Below are positions 1 to 9,837 of a stretch of DNA of 64,000 nucleotides, one piece after another. This stretch comes from Antedon mediterranea (lineage: Eukaryota > Animalia > Echinodermata), in the NCBI RefSeq assembly GCF_964355755.1, contig NC_092680.1, positions 2,108,001 to 2,172,000 of the forward strand. Reading direction: 5' to 3'. The notes below the pieces were generated by a model, which searched no databases, was not told the origin of the DNA, and was given only the letters and a program-made list of their open reading frames with translations. The position numbers were made by a program, and so were the translations under genes. Each line of letters begins with the position of its first letter. Position 1 is the stretch's first letter.

Positions 1-1684
1 TGTTTGTGACTTTTCGAAAACGTAAACGTACAAGGAAAACAAAATGACCGGCTAATGTACAATATTTAACTTGTTGGTAAGTACAAATAAAATCTGGCTA
101 TTCACACGTATTGTTAATCAATGGGTATTGTAGTGAAATATTAAGTAACATGAAGTATACTGTATAGTGATAAGTTATAATGTCGACTATCTGTAGCAAC
201 TTTCGATACATCTGTCTTATTCTGTATAATTTTAACCAATTTTTAAACAATTATGTTTATATTAATTAAAATATGTTTTTTCAAGATAGGCCCATATATC
301 TAATGAAAGTTAAGACCAAAATATAGCCAGTTTAAACATTTATCTACCATATTATTCCTTTTTTATTTCCTTAACTTTAATCTTGATTAGTAAAAATGAT
401 CTTTGTTATTCTATACAGTGTATTGAGATATAAAAACTGACAGTAAAAACTGTACTATTGGCCGTATTGTTTGTATAGAGATTGTATATTGATATTAATA
501 TATAAATCCAAAGGCAAATTACTGAAAAAATTACAATGCTGTGGGTATCAGTGGCTGGATCTCAATGGAGATACAAAAAAAAAGCGAAAAGCTAAATCAA
601 AACGATAAGTAAAACAGCCAGAAAAGTTAGCAGAGCTAATATATATATCATATTTTGTTATTTACACAGTTACGTATAGCATATGTTTTACACTTGATGT
701 GTAAACTGAAATTGTAAGGAATTATTATGAATTCGGTGTAATAAAAAGAAACCTGTTGTGAATTAGGCCAAACAATACATAGTAATCAGTTTGATGACTA
801 ATGTTAAAGACATAGGTTTATGTTTGTTTTGTAACTATTGGTGTGATCCTCCTTTGACTGTTTTGTGTAGCCTATAACAAAGGCTTAAAAGTAATGGCTA
901 AATACATGGCACAAATACAAGATAAGACACTTACTTATGTCATGATATTTAAAAAAAAAAATCTTTTTTACAAACACTCAATCTACGAGTTAGATAAATT
1001 CTAGCATTATTAATAAGAAGCTCTAGTAGTAGGCGTCACTTGTTATAAATAGAAAAACACCAACTGTACACAAGCACTACTTAGTCATAATAGGTCGTGT
1101 GTCTCTAAATTGTATAAAATTCAGTGTAGGCCTAAGATAGAGTCGAAATCACAGAATGTTGACAAAGACTAATTTAATAAGGGTAACTCTAAATAAAGAT
1201 AAAGAACATTATAAGGCCTACACTTTTTATTTGAAATTATAGTGAATCTTTTGGTATAAGAACTAACATTGTTTCGATGCTAAAAGTTCGGATTTCAGAA
1301 GTACAGTACATCATTATGTAGGCCTACGATTGTTTAGTGATTGATAACTAAACTATAAACAGGCATTGTATCAAAATCTCCTTGATCCATAATACTTATA
1401 CTTAAAATCCGATGTTTTTGTATAATAAGCTGACACCAACTAATTTATGCGTACTTCACTTTTATTTAAATCGTATTTAGTGTGATTTCCTTGGTTTAAC
1501 TTATTGTATCCATTAAAGTGTTACCATAGCGACAATTGGTTTAAATTGGAATGCAACATCATTTTACCATATCCTACAGTAGTGTTGTCCAATCATTCTA
1601 GTATATATTTTATTTCTAATGAACTAGATAGGCCTATTAGCTAGCGTGTGTTAAACATTCAGATTTTGCTGATCCAAACTCTTA

Positions 1685-1832
1685 AGCTCTGTCTACACTA
1701 TCAAACTTTATGTGACAAAAAAATGTGATGTGCCCATATATGGACATGATGATGTCATATCACTGCTATATTTGCGTACATCACACTTTTTTTTGTCAAA
1801 CTAGTTACTAGTTTGATAGTGTAGACAGAGCA
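1685..1832. mobile_element. Tourist/Harbinger-like MITE family A copy (TIR AGCTCTGTCTACACTATCAAACT)
   Basis: ~23-bp terminal inverted repeats with TTA at the left flank; the same sequence recurs >20 times in the window. Confidence 0.85.
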
Positions 1833-2422
1833 TACGGTACTCTTGTTGAATAAGATCATTGTACACAGGGTTTGATAAACATCAACAATACGCCAACAAA
1901 GGCGGAATTCAGGGTATAGGAAGGTTACATGTACTTGATTTTTTACAAACAATTCCTTGTTTAAAACAAAATTAAACTATTGTTCAAAACTAATAATGGA
2001 AATAGTCGGAAACTTTCATGGTCAATATAAAAGTTGATAATGATTGTATTTTGATATATAAGATAATAAAATACCTACATTTGTAAATGAACACAGTATC
2101 TACTGTATATTTCTGTCGGGGTCAAGTAATTTTTTATCATCTCTATTTCCTCTAATACAAATAGCTTGATGCGAACAGATATTGTGTTCTACTAGATCGC
2201 CACCGCCGCATTAATATTAATTGTGTCGTAACCGATTGTACTTGGCCTTTGAACAATTGGTATTATATATTGAATACTGGTAAAATATTTGAGAAGGTAC
2301 AAAAAATCCTATCAATAATATATTATATTCTGCGGATATATCGGTATCGTAGATTAGGCCCACTCCTTGTATAATACTGCTCTATTTTATAAACCTTTCA
2401 CGAAGACACATTACACTTTCAA

Positions 2423-2617
2423 CGCGCGTTTAAACACTGTTGGTAGGTACTGTATTGCACGCGCGCGTTCAAACACTGCTGGTAGGTACTGTATTGCACT
2501 TGCGCGTTCAAACACTGTTGGTAGGTACTGTATGGCACGCGCGCGTTCAAACACTGTTGGTAGTTACTGTACTGCACACGCGCGTTCAAATACTGGAGCT
2601 ATGTGCGTTCAAACACA
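2423..2617. repeat. 39-bp CpG-rich minisatellite (4 full units plus partial units)
   Basis: Unit CGCGCGTTCAAACACTGTTGGTAGGTACTGTATTGCACG starts at 2423, 2462, 2501, 2540 and 2579. Confidence 0.95.
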
Positions 2618-2719
2618 GATGGATAAGCTGCTTTTTATTATATTATTATTCACTTTTATCTTGTAGATTCGACAAATTATCTGAAGTTGGAATAGAAGTA
2701 CTGTCGATATTCCGAAACA

Positions 2720-5700
2720 ATGGTGCTGCTTAAGTTGATGACACTTCTATCGACACTCCACTGCCTCTATGCGCAATCGGACTTCACAAGTTCTCCATTT
2801 GACGTTGTTTCTCTCATAGGCGGCAATGCGACTTTACAATGTTCGGTCGGTAATTTCATGTCAGGAGATCTGTTACAGTGGTACAAGGATGGTAGTAATG
2901 AATACATATCGGAAGGGTTAACAATTTTATCGAATTTTGACCAACGTGCGTATATTGAAGGAGGGATAACAGCTTACGCCGCCGGACAATATAATATAAT
3001 TATTACGAATTTACAAGCTAGCGATACTGATCAATACAGATGTACGTATGATAAAGTAGGTACTTCAGATGTTCCTGTTGGTACAACATCAGCCACTTTG
3101 ACCGTACTTCACCAGCCAACGTGTTCACAGAGTATAGCTTCACCTGAAATTGGTCAACAAGTGAACTTAATTTGTGCGCTGGATACCAGAGACGTGAACA
3201 GTGATGTTGTAACGCAAGTTCAGTGGAAATACAAATCTGACATTATTTCTTATAATGCAATAACAACCAGCACTCGAAGAACTCTTTCTGGAGAAAATAA
3301 CCACGAGGAATTTGTATGCGAGATTGTGGTAACAGAACATCCCAATGTTATCCGTTCTTGTTCTCTTGTGCCATTGTCTATCGACCCGACAGCTACTGTT
3401 ACTCCTTCTGGCACTTATTCAATCACAAAAGGCCAGACCATGGAGTTCCAATGCTCACCTATTGCTTATCCTCACATAGCAAGTATTGACTGGCTTATTA
3501 ATGCACGATCAATTTATGATTATGATAGTATCTTTGAGTTTGAATTGAGCACAGATAGAATATCGTTTAGTGTAACGGTTATCACAGACGGAGGCGTAAG
3601 TGCACTTGCATATATGATATACTGTCGTGTTTACGATCCAAAGGGACACACCGCCGAAAGTTTGACTAGCACGGTTATCGTTGAACCATTTGTAATGATT
3701 CCGACTACACGTCCTTCAACAACAACTATACGTTCTCCAACAACAGAAGAAATTCTGGTATCTTTTGTAAAATTACCTTCTAGTGTTGTGGCTACTCCAG
3801 GCTCTGTGATTGTGCTAGATTGTGCTGTCAACTACCTTAATGGTGGCGTGATGCAGTGGTTTAATGTGCAGGAAAGCGTGTATATCCTTGTGGGTCTTGA
3901 CGTTACATCACCATCAGACGATATAAAAAATCGGTACTCGATTATAGGTGGTATAGACGCCTATAATAATGGACAGTACTCACTGCAAATTACAAATGCT
4001 AAAGAAATCGACAGTGGACGTTACTTTTGTACATATGTTTATCCCGAAGGAAGAAGCTCATTCTCGTCTGATTATGCTGACATAGATATTCTTTCGCCGC
4101 CTGTCATCAATCCAACAACAACAACAAATAATGTGCCTACTTACGTTTCTTTACCACCAACAATTAGGCCTACGACACTTTTAGTTCCGGTTACTTTCGT
4201 ACAAATGCCATCAGACATTGATACAACTGCCGGATCAACAATAATATTAACATGTACAGTGAATTATCTTGGAAGTGGTGAAATGAAATGGTTTAAAGTC
4301 CAAGATGGTCGTTACATAATGGTCGGTCTTCATGTTAGCATTTCTGCATCTGAAGATGTTCAGAATCGATACTCTATACTTGGAGGTAGCGACGCTTACA
4401 GTAGAGGACAGTACGATTTACAAATCGTGAATGTTAAAGACACGGACAAGGGTACATACTTTTGTTCACACTCTACGCCTGGTTCGACATCGATCTCGTC
4501 CACTTACGCTACATTGACTTTACTTGCAGCATTGGTATGCCAACAAACTCCAAACCATGCCTTGCCATCGGGTGCATTGGTAACAATGCAATGTCTCGTT
4601 GATGATGACAATGAGCAAACATTTATCACGTGGTATGACGACCTTGGCATCGAACTGACCATCGCGGCTGCGAACAGCGTCACTTATTCGCTAGTCTTAC
4701 AACCGACTGACAACTTCAGAAGCTTCACGTGTTCAGTTACAAATGCAGGCGCTGACAGCTTTGCCAGAACATGTAGCCTTACACCACTTGCCATCACACC
4801 TGTTGTTAAAATAATTGAGGATAATGCAGAGGCAAAGGGCGGAATGCCAGTTAATTTTACGTGTCAGGCTGAAGCCGAACCATACGTATCCAGATATGAA
4901 TGGTTGATTAGCGGTCGGGAGCTCAATGCATTGAATGAAACGTTTGAATATGATGATATTGACATAGGGGTATTAGAACTGGTGCCAATTTTTAACGGAG
5001 AGGTTGATACTTTCTATAATATTACTTGTACAGTATACATACCGTCTGGTCATAGCACAACGTCAGAAGGCGTTCTATTATTAGTTACTGACAGAGGTTT
5101 CACCAGTATGGCGAGCACAGATGATTATGAGTTAACGGTTGTTGCAGTGGTTGTGCTCAGTCTGCTAGGAACAATTGTCGGCATAGTCCTTATACTATTG
5201 TGCTATGTTCTACTCCGTCATGGAAGACGGCGGAAATTATCACTTGCTCGTAAAATCAGTTTCAACCATCGATCGATCAGTGGTGGACGCTATGGTCAAA
5301 GACATCCATCGGTAGATGTTTACCACATCGACGGCTACGGTTCCACTGCTAATGATGCTATATACGCATCTCCTCTGAAAATTAGAAATGAAAAGAAACA
5401 AGCAAAAATCAATAAAAAGACCGCAAATACGTCACGTGAATCAATCTATGAAAACTCAAGTGAAAATCAACGTATAAATAGCATATCCAGTGAATATATG
5501 AACTATACCCACGATGCAGACCCTGTTCAACCAGTAGGCTTTCCAAATTATGGATATAGCCCAGAGTCCCCGACTAGTTTACGGTTTAGCATTGCAACTC
5601 TTCCAATTAAACCTACCGTAGCATCTAAACCAGAAACAAAACGGCTCTCTTCATTCGAGCCCCTCCCAGACGTATGTAACGATTCTCTTTCTCCCGCGGT

Positions 5701-5866
5701 TATTGCAGCCTTTCAAAATGTAAAACCTCAAGGCAGTGTACAAATAGAGCCAGATGAATTAATTTATTCGAATGAACCGGTTATTACGACGGCATCGAAC
5801 AATATTTACGATGATTTTGATTCAGATTCTTTTGATTCAGACTCGGAAGATGAAACACATATGTAA
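2720..5866 (+). CDS. Type I membrane protein with ~7 Ig domains, Thr/Pro-rich linkers and a tyrosine-motif cytoplasmic tail; single-exon CDS
   Basis: 1048-aa uninterrupted ORF; signal peptide; repeated C...W...DxGxYxC Ig-V signatures; hydrophobic TM (~aa 807-834) followed by RHGRRRK; acceptor-like TTTTATCTTGTAG ending at 2666 upstream of the ATG. Confidence 0.9.
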   Translation: MVLLKLMTLLSTLHCLYAQSDFTSSPFDVVSLIGGNATLQCSVGNFMSGDLLQWYKDGSNEYISEGLTILSNFDQRAYIEGGITAYAAGQYNIIITNLQASDTDQYRCTYDKVGTSDVPVGTTSATLTVLHQPTCSQSIASPEIGQQVNLICALDTRDVNSDVVTQVQWKYKSDIISYNAITTSTRRTLSGENNHEEFVCEIVVTEHPNVIRSCSLVPLSIDPTATVTPSGTYSITKGQTMEFQCSPIAYPHIASIDWLINARSIYDYDSIFEFELSTDRISFSVTVITDGGVSALAYMIYCRVYDPKGHTAESLTSTVIVEPFVMIPTTRPSTTTIRSPTTEEILVSFVKLPSSVVATPGSVIVLDCAVNYLNGGVMQWFNVQESVYILVGLDVTSPSDDIKNRYSIIGGIDAYNNGQYSLQITNAKEIDSGRYFCTYVYPEGRSSFSSDYADIDILSPPVINPTTTTNNVPTYVSLPPTIRPTTLLVPVTFVQMPSDIDTTAGSTIILTCTVNYLGSGEMKWFKVQDGRYIMVGLHVSISASEDVQNRYSILGGSDAYSRGQYDLQIVNVKDTDKGTYFCSHSTPGSTSISSTYATLTLLAALVCQQTPNHALPSGALVTMQCLVDDDNEQTFITWYDDLGIELTIAAANSVTYSLVLQPTDNFRSFTCSVTNAGADSFARTCSLTPLAITPVVKIIEDNAEAKGGMPVNFTCQAEAEPYVSRYEWLISGRELNALNETFEYDDIDIGVLELVPIFNGEVDTFYNITCTVYIPSGHSTTSEGVLLLVTDRGFTSMASTDDYELTVVAVVVLSLLGTIVGIVLILLCYVLLRHGRRRKLSLARKISFNHRSISGGRYGQRHPSVDVYHIDGYGSTANDAIYASPLKIRNEKKQAKINKKTANTSRESIYENSSENQRINSISSEYMNYTHDADPVQPVGFPNYGYSPESPTSLRFSIATLPIKPTVASKPETKRLSSFEPLPDVCNDSLSPAVIAAFQNVKPQGSVQIEPDELIYSNEPVITTASNNIYDDFDSDSFDSDSEDETHM

Positions 5867-5986
5867 TTAATTATGCGCAATAATATGGACATCTGTATGA
5901 TAATAGGAAAGAAGTGTAGTTAAATTATAATACTGTACTCGTAATGTATTTTTTTGGAAAACAATAAATTTATTTACACAGGGTAT

Positions 5987-6086
5987 CTTGGTTCCCACTA
6001 CTTTTGACGAACTAAATTTGACCAATCGCGATCGACTCGCATTACTTGCGATTGGTGAACTCACTTGCTTTGGACATGGGAACCAA
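5987..6086. mobile_element. MITE family B copy (TIR CTTGGTTCCCA...TGGGAACCAAG)
   Basis: Inverted termini; related copies at ~24065-24180, 31077-31236 and a degenerate one at ~14595-14700. Confidence 0.7.
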
Positions 6087-6663
6087 GAAAAAAAATAGCA
6101 GACATATTGTAAATAGTAGTAAAAAAAGGAATTAGCAGATCTGTATTTGCTGCTGAAATTTTAGTTTTGCAATATTTGATATGAACCGACAATATAAATA
6201 AAGTAAAATTGTATGCCATAAAACTGATTTTTGCACAAGGTTTTTTTTTGTTAAGGTGGTGGTCTACACTACCCAACTAAAAAAGTGTGATGTGCTCAAA
6301 AATATGGTAGAGATATGACATATGGAATCACATCACATTTTTTTGTATCATAAAGTACGAGCAGAAAAGGATGGAATGTAGGGAAAGCAAAGAGTCAAAG
6401 AAAAAATTCAAACACAAAAAGGAAATATTTTTAAAAGAACTTTAATATCAAATTACAATACTATACATTTACAACTAAAACAAGATTTGATAATTGAATA
6501 TAAAATTACATACATACATAATTAGAAAAAATATGCCGAACTATATGGCTAGACTATTTTCAAGTAGTCCGAATTCTTGACACGTATTATGGTGAATTTA
6601 TATAACATGATAAAAGATGTAAGATTTAAATATATTTCGCACAGGTTTGTACTCAAGTCCAAA

Positions 6664-9211
6664 TTATTCCTCTGCTAGCTGCTTGATTGTTGGCGAGGAA
6701 AGTTCAGACAGTGTACTGATCTTGAGAAACTTACTGCTTGCGTATTTTGAACGCACAGCCTGGAAGAATAAAATAATTACATAAAGATTAACGATTGATT
6801 TCCAAGGGAATTTGTTATTGGCGCAATGTAAGCCATTTCATTTCCGAGCAGGCAATGGTGCAAGGGCTATGAACCCAAGGACCCCGAGAAGAAAAGGCTG
6901 AAAATTCCTGAGGTTGGAGGGCCACTTGAATTCCTAAACTAAGGGTGTCAGGGCCCTGCGTTACGCCACAGCGAGTGATACCAATGAAATACCATACCTG
7001 GTATTTTGAAGTGGGTGATTTGTATACTATTGAAGCCATCTTCTTTATAATCGGCATTAAATAAGATTCAGTGTAGGTGCTGTAGTGTACGAGTGTAGGG
7101 TTCCATTTGGCATCAGTATCTAGCAGTTTCATAGAGAGGTAAAGTGCTGCAGCAGCTATTTCTGAAGGGTTATATTGCACCATCTCGTATTCAGGAAGGG
7201 TCAGCTCCATCAAGTATTTGGCTAAGGTATGCTTCTTTGGAGTAACCTAGAAAAAAAGATGAAATTTGTTAATTTGGGGATAGAGTAGGGCTTCAAATTG
7301 TGCTCCCCAAAAAAACTAATGTATGCTAGTTAAGTACACTGTGGGGGAACCCCTGAAAAACGTGATGTAGTACCTCTCCAGCTTTGGAATTTCTGCGAAG
7401 AAAATGAATGCACAAGGGTTTCCCCAATCCGAAGTTGAGGCCAGACAACATTTGAATTTCCATGGTCCTGATTTGGCTTTTGGTGTAAGCATTATCGGTG
7501 ATGTAGACGAAGTCGCCAATCTCTGGTGGGTACATCTCTTCGTACTTGCAGGCAATGAACATTGCAGTCACACCAACAAGTTGTAATTTGTCTTTCGATA
7601 CTGGTTTCAACTGAAAAAAAATCAAATAAGAGGCTAACTCATGTCGAGAAATGTAGTATAGCTTGATGTTTACTTTTTATTTAAAATTATTTACCTCCAA
7701 ATAACGGTCAATAAGCTGAACAGTGAGAAAGAGAGTCTCTTGCAGAAGGTGAAAGCGAAGATGCACTTGAACTAACCAATCCACAAGGATGGTTCTCATT
7801 TTACTGTTGATGCTCTGGCCCTCCATATAATCTTTTGTTACTTTAAGAACGCATTCCAAGTGCCTCATGTAATCATAAATGTCATTAACGTATTCACAGC
7901 ACAGTTGTGGATTATCGCCATCATGTTTATCAATGTCCTCTATGTTGATCATCATTTTCTGAGAAAACGCCTTTGCAATTTGACCCATTTCAGATGTATC
8001 CATAGCCTCTGGAGATTTCGGTGGCTAGAAATAAAAATAAACGAAAAAGCATGAAAAAAAGAACCGCAAGGAGACTGGAATAATTGATTCTTTTTCAGAT
8101 AAAACCACAGTGCTTACAATTCCAGGCTTCATTGTTGCAACCGACAGCAATGATGATGTGGCTTTTGATTTAGTCATGCGGGCTGGCTTCTTCACCACCT
8201 GCAAAAAAAAAATAAAAATTGAACATCCAGACCAATAACAAAGTAGGATCTTGTAATTATTATATAGTTCGCCGTTGCTAAAGATACGGTACCGTATCCA
8301 TGCTTTTAAAAACTAAAGATACGGTAATTATAGAGGGCGCTTCCGTTTGCTAAAAGTACGGTAAAATTGTATTCCTAAAACTCGTACCTAAATATAAAAC
8401 TCGTTCCTAAATATAAAACTCCTTCCTAAATATTAAACTCCTTCCTAAATATTAAAAACCTAACCCTCTAAATAATCTCTCTTAAATTAAAAACTAAAAA
8501 AATAAAATAAAAAAAAGACGTCAAGAAGAGCATCGAACCCCCAACCCCTTAAGCCAAAGCCTCATCACATGCCCACTAGGCTACACAGCTAGCTTGCAGA
8601 AAACCAATGCAATAACCTATTTGATTAACATCCACATTACATAGCGCCCTCTATAATTACCGTACTTTTAGTTTTAAAAAGTATGGATACGGTACCGTAT
8701 CTTTAGACATAACGTATATAGTTTTATTTGTACCTTTTCTGCAACTCTATTCGACTGTCTACTAACATTGCTAATGTTTCCGAGAGCTGCTCTTGATTTG
8801 ACATCGCGTATTGAAACTCCAGTCTTGGCAGCCAGCAATGCAAGCCTTGCATTGGACTTGTTTTCATCGTCGTTACTGAAAGTATTCTGGACAAAAAAAA
8901 CAATTTGGCCATTATTAATGTGATTGTAAGCTAGGCGGCTACCTAGTAATATTATAGCTTTGCTAAAACGGCCGGCCGTATCTATCCTAGTAGTACTAGG
9001 CTAGGCCTATGCCTAGTAGCCAATAGCCACGCCGAAGGCAAGCCAATAAAAAACAAGCCAGCCCAGGAAAGCCATCCGATCCACACAACAAACAACGGCC
9101 CAAACAATCGACGGTTTCGGTCAAATTATAACCAATTTAAAGTCGATTAAGGCACATAATTTACTGAAGTAACGAAAATCTAACCATTTGAGATCTGGTA
9201 CGAAGAGCCAT
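6664..9211 (-). CDS. CCNB: G2/mitotic-specific cyclin B; ~7 exons (9211-9185, 8888-8733, 8198-8117, 8024-7696, 7610-7375, 7246-6998, 6759-6664)
   Basis: MALRTRSQM start, destruction box RAALGNISN, cyclin box [13 protein letters not shown]...[26 protein letters not shown] junctions. Confidence 0.97.
8270..8714. mobile_element. Non-autonomous DNA element, Mutator-like, in a cyclin B intron
   Basis: ~65-70-bp TIRs (8278-8341 / 8643-8706); 9-bp direct repeat TATATAGTT at 8261-8269 and 8715-8723; internal 19-bp tandem repeats and a tRNA-like segment. Confidence 0.85.
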
Positions 9212-9313
9212 TTCGTAGATATAAAGTCTCGATATAGCGAATTTTAAACTCAAATACAAACAACTACCACAAAAAATGCACTTGGTTCAACTACACTACA
9301 GCAAGGTTCGATG

Positions 9314-9404
9314 TTTAAAGAGCTGATCCATTGGGCTTGTTCCTTTTGAATACACGCGGCTGACCCACGATTGGCCAGCTGGTGAAATACAGCTATTTGA
9401 TTGG
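9314..9404 (-). promoter_or_regulatory. Cyclin B promoter: three CCAAT boxes plus CHR-like TTTAAA/TTTGAA
   Basis: ATTGG at 9330, 9370 and 9400; TTTAAA at 9314-9319; TTTGAA at ~9345; matches known G2/M promoter architecture. Confidence 0.65.
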
Positions 9405-9837
9405 CCGGTTCAATACAGATGCAACAACAATATTATAATTTTAAGCTCGTTCGCTTAAATTCGAGTAAGTATTGTATACAACAAGACATAATTTGTGTTT
9501 TATTTAAAATACAATATAACATATGTTTTAATAATTTAGTAATATTTAATAAGGGATCAGACTAAAAAACGAATTACTTATTAGAATTTAAAGGTATTCA
9601 AATATAAATATAAATACTCTCAGACATTAGAAGGTCATCAATAATATGACCTTTTTAAATGATAACCTTTGACACATTCATAATCAAAACAAAGTTGAGA
9701 TTTTGGTTTCGGATGGAGTATTTTGTCTCAATTTTTCGGGTGTTTTCTGTGTATTACTACAATTAATCACTGAAATGCAATAGATTATAGCTAGGGGGAT
9801 AATTTTATTAATATTTAAAAAAAAAATTGCATTTAAT

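Noticed and set aside
2367-2733. ORFs 2367-2666 and 2440-2733
   Set aside because: Translations of the 39-bp minisatellite with non-ATG starts
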